Part shown: one piece after another, positions 25,701 to 38,065 of the stretch | Layout: each line of letters starts with the position of its first letter | Position numbering within the stretch: position 1 is the stretch's first letter | From: Lingula anatina | Taxonomy: Eukaryota; Animalia; Brachiopoda | NCBI GenBank assembly: GCA_051362555.1 | Contig: CM120641.1 | Coordinates: 38,508,401 to 38,572,400, forward strand | Direction: 5' to 3' | Length of the DNA: 64,000 nucleotides | Notes under the pieces: model-generated | The model's input: the letters and a program-made list of their open reading frames with translations, nothing else | Database searches by the model: none | What the model was told of the DNA's origin: nothing | Position numbers and translations under genes: made by a program

Positions 25701-28700
25701 CCTGGTCAGACAGATTAAAGGTAATATACTTCAGAGTTTGAAGGGTTTGGTACTGCACTTGTAAAGATCCCATGGATAGTTTAAACTTGTGGGTTCTCTA
25801 CATTAGACTATTTCTTAAAAACAATACAGAGAGGAAATTTCAAAATCTAATCAAAACTTCTTTATGAAATAAAAACTACTGAAAAACAGAAGTACATTTA
25901 CAAATAAACTACTGAAAAAAACAAAAATTCCACCTAAAATCATCTCAGCAGTTTTTTAAAAGAGAGAAGGGCATTGTATTTAGTATTTAAATACAACACT
26001 ATCAGCTAAGAGTGAATTAACTGCTCCTACAAAGAAGCAAGACGAGTGAGAAATGCTCATGAATTCATAGATTAAATCCTGATTGGACAAGACCTGGTAC
26101 CCTGTCGTCTCTACGTAATTTTTATCCCTCCCCAAATAATTGAAAAGACAACCCATCACTCTCTCAGCAGAAGAGAATTGGAGACATCGAGCATAACGAA
26201 GAGATAACCCCGAGTGGATCTTTACACCAAACTGTAATCACTTGCCTTGAAATCAGATAAAAAGAAAACCATTACTCCTACATACTCTGGTGGTATTTCC
26301 TGAAAACCTTCCTACCTACACAGATTCATTCCACGGAAAAGATGGACGCCAAAAAAATTCCATTTAAATATCAAAATCATTCTGCCAATCAACGAGATCA
26401 GTATATGAGCAAAAATGTTCATTAGCTTGGTAGATTTTTACAATTATAGCAATTCATAAACAAAAATCTGTTGCTCAAGTCAATAACTGGCTTGCATAAT
26501 TAAAATTTCCTGTCAGACAACCTACAATAAATCATGTTTTCTGGCAATGTTCACTAGCAAAGCAAATAAAGCTCATTCTGAATGTGAGGAAAAATTAAAT
26601 TGCTCAAGAATCAGAGAAACACCAGTCATTAATGTTAAAAATACCTTTTTGTATTTTCCTAAGCAATGATACATTGTGTTAATAAGTTTTTGTACCTGTA
26701 TTTTACAAGCAGCTAGTTCTTGTATTCCGTTGATAGACAATGCTCCTTGTTCAATCATAAACTGGGACACCTCACGATGCTCTCCCATCAACGCATAGTC
26801 CAGAGGAGTGTACCTGAAAGCAGAATATAAACATCAACAGTTACAGAACAATGCTGGCCTGTATGTTTTTACTTTTGATTTAATGTTTTCAAGAGACAGC
26901 AGAATGAGAAGTGAAATATGTGCAAAAACTTTCAGCCAGGGGTCTGGGACATAAAGTCCCCTATATATATATATATACACAGTCAGAGGAGCTCAGGGCA
27001 TACCAGAATTCTGTGGAATTCTCTCAGCTCTGAAGAAATCTGACAAGCGAAAATAGCAATGATGTATTTTTATCATGTGCTTCTCTATCACAAAAACAGC
27101 AGGCGCTTTATGACTGAATAAGGTCATAGAGGATAGTGTAATCTTTCAGCAAAATAAACAGCTAATGACAGACTTAGGTGACAATGAAGAAAACCACAAT
27201 AAAATAAGACATTATACTAATGTAACAACTAAGTTTTTTGTCTAAAACATAAAATATCAGAGAAACATTTTCCAAAACAGAGTTGACAAGAACCCCACAG
27301 AACCTGAATAATAGCTGCAATTCACAGAAAAAGTTGTTCTCCCTGCAATATCAGATATCAGGTTGTTTCAGCAAGTAATCAAATAATGACTGCCACCAAT
27401 AATTCAATTACATTTCATGCTTTATCATTGTTCCAGTCACATCAGCACGAAGTGACTTCTTAGATCCTGCCACATATTATTAAGTGTTTCTGACACCAAT
27501 CTGATGTCCATAACTCGCATCTAAACCAGGACTGCATCAGTATCTGCTTATTAAAAATAGTGAGTGGGAGTTTACCACTGGAAAATGACACTTCGAGATT
27601 GACTAAATTGCATTGTAATTATTTATGATTTACTTCAAAACCTTTTTCCCATATTCACCACCCCACCAAGAAATGTGCAAACAACGATCTAGAGATATCG
27701 CAGCATATATCAAATAAAATTGTTTTAAGAGAAACATCACAGAGTGCTATGACAGATCAGCACAAGCAGGAAAGGGAGGAGGTTCAGTTTTAAAGTCTAA
27801 TTCCAAGTTATACTTTAGTTTTGATAAAAATGGGGCTAAATTTACTAAAATCAGTTGACTCACCCAGCTAGTTAGGGTACCAATCGACTATAGTGCTTTT
27901 TACACTTACAAGTAAACTGCCCTTAAAAAAAAAAAAAAAACTCAAGTGAACTGCGGTCAAAATCCACTTTCTTTGCATTCACACTGCTTAGGAGAACGAT
28001 TGCTGTGAAATTAAATTGGCAGTGTGAATGGCCTTTATGTGATCCTCCAAAGCTGGTTTCCAACGTCAGGACAACCTGACACCCTGCTATCAATTTAAAT
28101 GAAGCCTGTGCAATCTTTGATTTTACTGTATTGAATTCCTTGAGAAATCCATTGACATCGCTCACAACAGCCTCAGTATACTGATCAGATCTTAGAAGAA
28201 ATAAGTACCAAAAAGTTAAATGTATTGACTTATCTCAAATTCTCCAGGCATATATCTGCCAGAACTTGAACACATCAATCTGCTGTAGTGAGGAGTCAGG
28301 AAAGTTCTATAGATTTATCATCAAGCATACAAACTGGTGTGAGATTTGATACATCACAGCAAGTCTAGGTAACATTGTAAATGACTGCCATGTTCTAAAT
28401 AAGCCAAAACTGATAGTGAAGGCCTTTTGACTGGCAAAGGTTTCCTCTGGATAAAAATTTGACTTACATTCTATGACATTTCTCAAGTTGGATCAATTAA
28501 GAGGGTAAATAAGTCCGTTTTTTTTTTTTTTTTTAACTTTGAAATTTCTGGCTACATGCAGGGTAAAAGTTGAAAGAGGTAAGGGGGAAGTTGAGCCTGA
28601 TATAAAATGGTCCAACTTGCCTAACACTGTGCACAGTGACATAAAAAGATGAGTAAATGCTGACTGGTTTTTAAGTGAGCATTAAACAGGTTATTACATG

Positions 28701-31700
28701 TAATATGTACGCGGGGAGTAATGTAGGAGTTTGAGAGAGCTTGACATTATCAAGCTTCATCCATTTCACACCCATTACAAGCCACAATTAATGAGGAAGC
28801 TGTATTGATCACCATGAGCAGAAAAACAAATAAAAGAGACGCATTCGCCATCAATAAATGTGAAAATTACTTATTAATGAAGACACTGAAACCCTGAAGA
28901 TGAGGAAAATCCCAGGATACAACTGATTCCATTTAGATCCTGCCAACAACAAAGTGGTAATGCTACTGATGCAATGAACAATCCTATGGGAAACATGTTC
29001 TTGGGAAGAAGCGGCTTTTTGATGAGAGAAAACTCTGCCAGCAATTAATTCAATACTCCCAACTCGCACTCTCCCTCTCATATGGACCTATCAATTGTTA
29101 TTGAACACTGAGAATGACATTAATGGCCAAACTTCATCTTAATGTATAAAGCAGACATAGGGTATCAAAATATTCTAAGAAGCACAAAAATGTGAATTTC
29201 TACAAGATATACAATTTACATCAATCTAAGGTGGCTTTAGGTATCAAACTCAATTTAAGGCATTGCAAAATATCATATCTGTAATTATCAAATACCCATA
29301 ACCAACCCATCTGGGTAGAGAAATGTGCAAAGTTTTCATCCCAAATAGGGCAAATTGGTGTTCTACTCACCTGTCCTCAGTAAATTCCATGTGATTTGGG
29401 AAGGCATGGAATTCTAGTAGCAGTTTAACAGCGTCTAGATGTCCTTTACTACAAGCCCAGTGTAGAGCTGTCATACCCTAAACAAACAATTCACAATTAT
29501 AAAACCATCAAACTTACCATGTCTGTCAAAACATATAATTTGATCCAAGGCAGGTAAATGTGAATATTCATGAATCAATAACAGATGAGGTAACTACTGT
29601 GATCTTTTCTGCCTAACTAAGATGGCTGCCAGCCTAGTAACCAAATCACTGCGATAAGGGGACTATACAGTCTCTAACACCCTCAATATGTAGTGAAATA
29701 TTAGTGCCGGGCTGTAAGCCCTTTGTTCTCTTGTTTCAGAGACTGGTTTCGATTACAAGCACTCATAGAAAGGAACCTTTATTCTCTTCCAAAGAGTACA
29801 GCCCAAATAAAAATAAACAGCACCTTTTATGTGTACCTTTTCATGCAGAACAATAATCGCTAGTCATACATGTGTGCAAGAACCTTGGTTAGGGAAGGCC
29901 AAGGAACTTTAAAATGGGTCTCAAGCATTCATCATGATGCATTTGGCAGTTCATGAGAAAATCAATGTGTGCATTAGTCCGTTAATGATTTAGGAAGATA
30001 AATATTGGACAAATTACTGGCATCAATCTCTCTACTACCTGAGACTGAGATTGTTTCTAGGTAGTATCTTTAAGAGAATACATGTACGCTGGTTCTCATT
30101 CGAGGACTGGTTAAATGATCAATATCACAAGGTTCTTTTTTTTTTCTTAGCAATACATGACAAACACAAAAATAATTGTTTTGCTCAATATCAAAATGAT
30201 CAGCAAATTTCATACAAAGTCCATCTGGAGCTCTATTTGTATTCCATTCATAGCTCTCTGTTTACTTTGAAAATATAGTATAAAAGGATAGTTCCAATAT
30301 AAAAAATTCTAGTCCCACATCAAAATACCTTTCCAAAACATATATTAATTTACACTTAACTATTCAATGCCACCATTTACAAATTTAATGGATAGAAGTC
30401 TGATATCAAAAGTACAGGCTTTGGCTGTAATGGTATAAAGTGTAAATAAAGATCTGAATGTGTTAGTTGTGACACATTGCTGATTCACTGATCCCAAAGC
30501 AATCCCAGTGTATTAGAACTTAGAATGAGAATTTTGAGAAATTTTTTGCCCCTTTCACCCTTTTTTTCCTTTTGTGATGGAAAGCTATAACTCAAATATC
30601 TTATAAATATTCACATGATGTTCAATATTTTCAACAAATACATATCAATTCCATTGGCAATTCCAGTAGAAATCATTTCAGCAAAGCACAAAAAATTTTC
30701 AAATTTTTATCTTTCCGAATGAGTACCACTGCGTGTTCTATTAAGACGTGTTTCAATTTAGCTAATGATAGACAGTTAAGGCACAGGTGCCAGATATACA
30801 AGGGCAAAATATTATCTTTTTTCTACCGTGCAGGACTCCAAACAATCTCTCTGATTATATTCCTCTTATTCAGTGTACCAAGACTAGAGAGAGAAATATG
30901 CCCTTATGCCATGATGGGGGATAAAAAACATTTTTGTGCAATTTTCAAAATTGATGTCCTGACTTATTAGTAATAAATCATCCATGAAATTCCCCAATCG
31001 GTAGGCAACCATATGAATAGTGATTGGTAATGCACACATAACATGACTATTGGCAATACACACAGTATCCAGTCAGCCTTTGTGGGCTAAATTAGTCTGG
31101 CAATTATAAAAGCTCCTTGAACTTATGACTTAATCATATGTCATTGGGCTAATGCCAAGAACAATTATTCTGAAACTACTATATCATGTTGCAGATGATA
31201 AATTGCACTAAAAAAGGGGGGGCATAGAGAACACAGGATTTGGAATATTAGTTAGTAATGACAAATGAAAAATTGCCACATTCATTATCATTTTATGTCT
31301 TTGATTTTTAGAATCAATCTGTGCAGCATAGCATGTTTTGTGTTTCTTAATTAAATATCCTAAACACTGAATAAGAACTTCAACAATGTTGTAGATGATA
31401 AATTACACTCAAGAAGGGCAAAAGAACACAGGGTTTGGAAAATCAACCTGTAATGACAAGAGGAAATTGTGACATTCATCATCAATTTACCACTCTGATT
31501 TTTAGACTCAATCTGTGCAGTGCAGCATGTTTTGTGTCCTTTAATTCAATACATTAAATACTGAATGAGAAACGGGCCAGATTATAACACAAACTAAATA
31601 ATAGAATATCATATGGTGCTTCTTTCTTATATTTTTTTTTATCTTATAGAACACATCCTGAGGAATATCATCAAAATCTTTGACCTATACTAGACATATC

Positions 31701-34700
31701 TTAACAGCAACAAACAGGAAGAGGAAAGATAATGTAGCTTTATGAGTATTGTAATTCTCAGAAGGTATCACCCACCTCATTGTCCTGTGCATTTGGATCT
31801 GCCTGGTTTTCTATTAACACTGACATACAGTTCACATAACCACCATAGGCAGCACACTGCAAGGGTGTACGCCTGAAATGAATGACATTAATAACATAAA
31901 ATACATATGAAAATCCCATAATCTTTAAAAGAACAATGTATAAAGTGCTTAAAAGAGCATACAACTGAAATTTCTCTTCATGCGAATATGATTCATTAAA
32001 CTGATTACATGATATTATCCTTAGAAGAAAACTTTTCACACCAAGTTAGCTGTACTTTGAGAGATAGAAAATTTAACAGCCTGGCTATTTCATACACCCC
32101 ATTTCCATAGATTTTTAGATCGATCTATCCCTGTGGGGAGTCTCACTAGATTACTGTCAGCTTGGCCGGCTTAAGCGTCTGTCCCGCCTACTAAAAGCTG
32201 TAAAGGGGTAATTAACTATGGTGCCCGCTCAGCTGACTGCAATTTAGCGTGAACCCCCAGGGAGTTAGGTCGATCTAAATCTTAATCTTTAGATCGATCT
32301 AAATCTCTGGGAAAGCACCCATAGAGAGTCACGTATGCAGAGCCCCTATGCTGGACAAAGCCAATTAAATAACTAAACAGCAGGAAGCAAACTTATGATG
32401 AACTTGTAGTAAATCCCACTGTGGAGTAATGGCACGTAAGGATGTCCCAAAGTGGATGGGGGTACACTGGATCAGTTAAGTATACTGCTTGATGTGAAAT
32501 GGACCTAATAATAATCATCCAGCTATCTATAAGGAAGTTATCTCTATATCTCAACTTCAGAAGCCATATCCCACTCACCCAGAGTGATCTCTGATGTTGG
32601 GATCAATACCATACTTGATCACAGTCTGACAGATGTAGGCATGACCACCAAGAGCAGCCCTGGAACCAAAACATAATTATGGAAATAAAATTATAAAGAT
32701 AAGAATGTACATATTTTGCATACAAATAACATTCATTTATGAAAACATTCACCATGTCATAATGTTACCCCTTTTTTAACTGTGGATAAGAATAGACATT
32801 CATATATTCTATATTCAATATTGTGGCAGAATTCCTCACAAAATATGAAACTGTTGAAACGAAAAATAATTTCACAAAATCTGTAAGTCATTTCTGGTAC
32901 AAGATACAAAATAGGTTAGCAACTGGCAGCATACCAGTGCAATGGAGATCTCCCATCCTGATCATAAATTTCTACTTTGGCACCATAGTCAATCAGTGTT
33001 TGGACCACATCTGTGTGTCCCATCTCGCATGCACGAAATAACGGGGTGTGCTTCACCAAGTCCTCTGCATCTATGGGGGCTTTGTACTCCAGCAACAGAT
33101 TCACTGTGGTCACATGGCCTGATAGAGCAGCAGCGTGCATTGCTGTAAGAAGAAAATAAATATAGATGAAACAAAATTAAGGTAAAAATATGAAAACTGG
33201 TCAATAGAGAGCCATTGGATAATTATACAAATTTTATCTTCCCCTTCTGAAACATTTTCCTTTCATACCATTTTACTTTAAAAGATAATAAAAATGCACT
33301 TCTTCTGAACTATTGTAGAAACAGAGACCCCTATTAGAGGTCCACATATTTCACAAATTGTAATATACAGGGAAAATAATGTGAATTGACCTAACTCATT
33401 GATATTTATATAAAATGAAATCAACCCTTGCCTACCTTTTTTTTTTTTTTGTTAAGGGGGCAGGGGCTTTAATGATGTATATTGTAATTTCATAAATTGT
33501 ATCAATCTATAAATTTTACAAATCTTATCATGCTCTGTATAATCTTAAAGCTCATAAAAAGACATACCAGTTCCTCCATTTTTATCCACCTGCTGTAGGT
33601 CAGCCCCATACTTGATAAAGACCTTGATCACATCATCTGCTCCCTTTCCCGAGGCCCACATGAAAGCTGTTCTTCTTTCAACATCAGGCTCATCAGTCAC
33701 ACCCTTGTGACGCAGGAACACTTCCACTGTATCCTATAGTTAAAAGAAATCACACATTTTCATCATAACTGACAAGGTGTTGTATTCGAATGATACCTTT
33801 AACTGAAATTTGATATATCTATCTTATAATTATAAATTGAAAATAAAATGAATTAATAATCAGCTGGCACGTAAAATCAGCCAAAGCTTTACACACATAC
33901 AGTTGTGCCTTATCATGTTACCTACCGCAAAGTTGTTTTGTGCTGCATAGTGGAGAGGAGTGGCGCCATTAGAATCTGAACTGGCATAATCAGCCTTCTT
34001 TGACAGAAGAAGCTCCACAATTTTTGAATGACCTGTAACAAATTGTCCACGTTATAAAATGATTGTGTAATTCTTGTTCTCTTTTTGGCAATCTTAATAT
34101 AGCTAAAATAACTGTTTGGAAAAAAAACAATTTAAGTAACACAGAAATAAGTGATAAATCATTTAATTAACCCCATGAGACAGTCTCAATATAATTTCAC
34201 TATCACAAATACTGTATGCGAAAGCCATAGCAATCAAAACATCATTAAATGAGGTGAAGGTGTAACATCTTAAACATGTTCCCATAAATTTATTTCTTCT
34301 AAATGCTTCACCTAATACTGCTGCCCAATGCAGAGGCGTCCTGAACATGTTGTCTAAGGCAGAAACATTGCACTTCTCAAGGGAGATCTGAAAGCATGAC
34401 AAATTGTTCCTAGCATTACACAAACTGCAAACCAATTTCAACCTACTGAGACAAAAACTTTAAGAAATTGGTTTCAAGTAGCAATACATCATGCAAACAA
34501 TCACCTAGCTTATATAAAATCTATGAGGTGATTAGTGTTTACTGCCAAGATATTCAATTACAAAGAGGAAGTGACATTTCAAACAGGCACAGAAATATAT
34601 GTACATAAGACATCAGTCTTACCAAAGCATCAACCACAGCATAGTTTCCATCTGCCACTGCCAAATGTAGTGCTGTTCTTCCCTCATAATCCTGCCAGTT

Positions 34701-37480
34701 GATGACACTCCCTGCCATGTCCTGCAAACATAACAAAACATCATCAAAGCTTACGCCTGAGTACTACACCATAGCTTACACTGATCAACTCTTCCATCAC
34801 CTGAATTCACAGTTACTTACTTAAATGTTTTCAAACACTATAGCAGAATATTATCAACTGTTGACCAAAAGAAAAAAATAAAAATAAAAACATCTCACAG
34901 AGTTGGGTTTACTACCAATACTTACTAAGAGTAAGTTAACACAGCTGACAGCTTCAGCATCTCTACTGCTAGCTGCCCAGTGGAGGGGTGTCTTGCCTTC
35001 AACATCAGGAATACCAATGTTTGCATCCTGGGAAGTGAAAGGTGCAATTGTTGGAAAGTTCAATGTTTTGAGGTAAATTAGTACTCACTTTGATAATGAT
35101 GATATGAAATGGACAACATTTTCAAAACAAAAGTCAATTCTTAGAAAAAAAATATTTAAATAAGGGACAACCTTACTGAATTTCTGAATTTTTATCTTCA
35201 TTTTTTGAGCTTTAATGACACACCAAAAACTTTACTTAAGAGAGATATCCATCTGTATAACTAATAGATTAAATATGCAATTAATAGACCCTAAAATGCA
35301 AAATATATAAATTAACAAAAATCAAACTCATGAACAAACCTGCTTTATAAGCATCTTGATGTGCTCTAGATTTCCATAAGATGCACTCCAGTGAAGAGCT
35401 GTCCTCTGTGAGAAAAAAAAAAACATTATAAACCACAAAATCCCACATTCAAATCAGTGAGTGAAAAATAAATCTTAATGATGAAGTGTACAATCTTCAT
35501 GTTTTTAAAAAATATATTTGGGTGCAGGCTATTTAGTTTTATCTTCTGGTTTTTAATATTTGAGAAGCCACATGTCAATTTTTAGGCTATTGTAATGAAG
35601 ATAAGAGTTCCATTCCTTAAAAATTTTGAAACTATTTCTTTGCACCAATTTTTATGACATATGTAACAAAGCTCTAACAAATGCTACCACAACCCAATAG
35701 AAGTAAAGTAGCAGAACACTGTGTAGTATACAACTATTACTAACTGGGTAAAAATAAATAAAGAAATAAATCATTTCTAAAGAGACTTAGACTGGGTTCC
35801 CATACCCAGATCGATCTAACAAGATCGATCCATCTCCAAGGAGTTTCTCGCTGAGCGGCTTAGATGCCTGGCACACCTACTGAAGCTGCTAAACGATAAT
35901 TAATTACCCCTTAGCAGCTTCAGTAGGCGTGGCGGTTGACTGCAATTTAGCAAGAATCTCCTCGGAGATAGATCGATCCACAGTTAGTACGACAGGGTTT
36001 AGGAATGGTCCCCAAATATATTTTACCTATAGGGCATGTGGTTTACACCTTTCATCAAAGGGCCTTGCTCACATGACTGACTCATCCATGTGAGCTTACC
36101 ATACCTTATTTTTGTCCTGGTCATCTACCTCTCCAGGTGCCACTTGCTTCAAGAGCAGGGCCAAACATTTTGGAGACTTGTGTCGTGTGCACAGGTGAAG
36201 GGCAGTTTGACCTTCATTGTCCTTTTCCTTCCAGTTGGCATTTTTGGATAACAGCAGCTTCATGCATCGGAAGTTGCCCTAAATGATAGAACAGCAAAGA
36301 TAATGTTTCATTGGACAACCATCTTAAAAGATTATAGAACCTTTAAATCATTTTTTTTGCAGCAACCCTGCCATTCATCAAAATGACTCCCACTTATATT
36401 CATGAAATAAGAAATTTCTTAAAGACGGTCAACAGTCTGATATCCAGGGGCAGATACAAGTCATCTTCTGGTTCTTCCGGAAGACAGTCAAAATTTTTAA
36501 GTTTACATTGACGGGCATCTTATTTTTTCTTTCAGAAGACAGTCAAAAATGGAGGATGAATCAACAAAGATAATTTTGAAGACTGTCAGATAATATCTCT
36601 GGATCCGCCCCTGATATCTAATCAAACAGTCTAAACTCCAAACTTGCTTCGTGTGCTCTAAGTTGAACCTACACAACATATTAATAAACCACTGTTGTCT
36701 TGAGTTACCTTATGAGCTGCCCAGTGTAAGGCTGATCTCCCTCCCTTGTCCTTCTTGTCCAGGTGAGCTCCAGCTTTTAACAACAACTCTGCACAGTCCA
36801 GTCTATCTGCCAGCACACAGAACATTAGAGGAGTACGGCCAAACTGATCTCCTGTGTCTATATCCTTTGCATTGGCTGGAAGCATAGAGCAAAATACCTT
36901 ACTCATTCTGATTTAATATCATCTTGCCATGAAAAATGGCTGACAAAGTGGGCAATACTTCTGAATAAGAGATTGAGCACATGATAATGATTTCATTTTT
37001 TATTTTTTGATGAAAAATTGGGAATTTTACAAATAGTGTATTTTTTTCAAGTCAAGTCAAGTTTCTTAAAATTGGAAAATTCCCAAATCATCACGAGCTA
37101 TAGAATCAAAACTAAAAATTTGGCTACCTTATAGTTTTATTCTGTATATTAAAAGCACCACAAACACCACACAGAAATATATATTTTTAATGATTCAAAA
37201 ATTATGTGTCAGAAAGATAGATAACTTTTCCCCATTGAAAAGATTGAGTCATTACTGTACATTTTTTAGTGTCCAAAAAGTATATACTTACTTCCTTACA
37301 CTTAAATCAAAATATATTTAAAACAACCATTATCACTTAAAGCTAAGACAATCTTGTGTACATACAAGTTAGTAATCTTGCTAGGGTAGCCTTGTCCCCA
37401 TTCACTGCAGCAGCATGCATTTTAGTTGTCGAGCCCTCGGGCTGCACTGGGCTGGAGCGGTCAAATGGCCCAGCAGCCAT
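7966..37480 (-). CDS. INVS: Inversin (nephrocystin-2): ankyrin repeats plus IQ motifs, about 850 aa
   Basis: Coding exons (minus): 37480-37366, 36875-36709, 36278-36105, 35405-35340, 35027-34926, 34721-34623, 34387-34312, 34032-33926, 33733-33568, 33142-32935, 32659-32579, 31872-31776, 29477-29371, 26813-26696, 24490-24399, 24066-23956, 16548-16402, 16163-16026, 15172-15066, 14676-14590, 8328-8227, 8051-7966. All are GT-AG and phase-consistent. Inversin-typical motifs include HAAAVNGDK, DQFGRTPLMFCVLADRLDCA, NWQDYEGRTALH, KHTPLFRACEMGH, RTPLQCAAYGGY, YTPLDYAL, LLMKHEQLRKDAA and VIQRAW. Confidence 0.95.
9865..10032. mobile_element. Fragment of the same foldback MITE family as 1779-2413
   Basis: Shares tccgcctctcacacgcc..ggagccgagatttaat..gtgtgagaggcggagagactatt..ccgccatatttagtcc. 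Confidence 0.7.
10750..11016 (+). pseudogene. Cargo ORF of element A (88 codons, one in-frame TGA)
   Basis: MSKRRCMLTIFFTGNYLDDVLEGNDIIESDYKVVTEDGRHELFLVGDRWLFYGTTR*KITKEKSKENVPTVVCENDVQVNVCPHCQRT*, starting just inside the GC-box-containing left end. Confidence 0.45.
12140..14238 (-). pseudogene. Three-exon cargo mini-gene of element A (two in-frame TGA)
   Basis: Exons 14238-14182 (MREIQNLYDITLDKVFKKQ|gtaagt), 12767-12675 (93 nt; IWEKAALNI*IMVRLEKIKICQ*KKEVSVSG|gtaagt) and 12265-12140 (VSLFSEWHG..RLH*). All are phase 0 with pyrimidine-rich acceptors. Confidence 0.55.
13283..13893. mobile_element. About 610-bp non-autonomous DNA element nested in element A
   Basis: Ends TTAGACCGCCAT / ATGGCGGTTTAA form an inverted pair with one mismatch. 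Confidence 0.55.
14688..14733. repeat. (AAT)n microsatellite next to an INVS acceptor
   Basis: About 15 AAT units. Confidence 0.9.
16726..16757. repeat. (TA)n microsatellite
   Basis: About 16 TA units. Confidence 0.9.
18910..19131 (+). pseudogene. Cargo/relic ORF of element B
   Basis: Open frame ..FTQELTAGESDKLKMDLFSMFVKLYITIRGHSFRRQLKEKYQ..KEKGLRKSLKRKSRITA* (ATG at 18973). It resembles the C-terminus of transposon-associated proteins (recalled pattern, unverified). Confidence 0.5.
20031..21797 (-). CDS. Putative two-exon 33-aa mini-gene inside element B
   Basis: Exon 21797-21769 (ATG..MSQDTYRDK, phase 2, gtaagt) and exon 20103-20031 (ttcttattctcttccag acceptor; FSPQDAGKLKLDNAPLPKRRLTN*). 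Minus-strand AATAAA at 19820-19825. Confidence 0.4.
20610..21349. repeat. Tandem array of four ~187-bp units inside element B
   Basis: Each unit contains agccggtaatgtg..gttaatgtcaactttgataaaaggatatt..agcccatatt. The second copy has an internal deletion. Confidence 0.9.
31186..31573. repeat. Diverged tandem duplication (2 x ~195 bp)
   Basis: Both copies contain gatgataaatt..gaacacagg..tgatttttaga..tcaatctgtgcag..agcatgttttgtgt. Confidence 0.8.
32096..32320. mobile_element. Foldback MITE (agatcgatct family), copy 1
   Basis: Inverted tagatcgatcta arms. Shares cctactRaagctg and gactgcaatttagc with 35793-36012. Confidence 0.65.
35793..36012. mobile_element. Foldback MITE (agatcgatct family), copy 2
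   Basis: Internal palindrome cctactgaagctgctaa / ttagcagcttcagtagg plus gatcgatc arms. Confidence 0.65.
36445..36613. mobile_element. Small non-autonomous element with CAGGGGC termini and 5-bp TSD
   Basis: CAGGGGCAGAT...ATCCGCCCCTG flanked by ATATC on both sides, with internal gaagacagtc repeats. Confidence 0.75.
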
Positions 37481-37936
37481 CTATGACATAAAATATTCAA
37501 CATAACAGTAAACTAAAGCAACTGAAAGCATTATTTTAAACCACACATCTCGTTTACATTCCCTTGAGATGCGTAAAATAGTCACAAAGTCATAAAATAG
37601 TCTGTAATCCATATTTTACAAAGTAAAGATTTAAAGATCAAAATGTTATGGGCCCATTCCATGTATCACCTGAACCATTTCTTTAATTTTTTCTGTCAAA
37701 TGTGTCCCTGCCCTCATATCACACACAAAAACTTTTGCAGACTAAATCTACTGATAATAAAAAAAAAGTAAATATACTCACTTTTTGCAAATGTTCACTA
37801 GCTATTACGGCTACTTCAAAGAGAGGCTGAAAATAAAGATGTACAGTACACAAATAGTAAGTCAACAACACTGTACATTGCACGAGAAGATATGCAAAAT
37901 GTAATCTTAATACCACTGGATATTATAATTGCATAC

Positions 37937-38065
37937 CTTTCTAATCGCCCCTGTTTGTACTGCTTCATGCTGACTTCCCCCCTCCTCCTCCTCTTCCAAC
38001 ATCTCCTCCTGGTATACAGGAGCAACTCGGGTGTTTTTTGACAGACAGAGACCATGACGGGACAT
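37937..38065 (-). CDS. INVS: Candidate alternative first coding exon of INVS (+43 aa)
   Basis: ATG at 38065 gives MSRHGLCLSKNTRVAPVYQEEMLEEEEEGGSQHEAVQTGAIRK|gtatgc, phase 0 and in frame with the exon starting at 37480. Confidence 0.5.
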
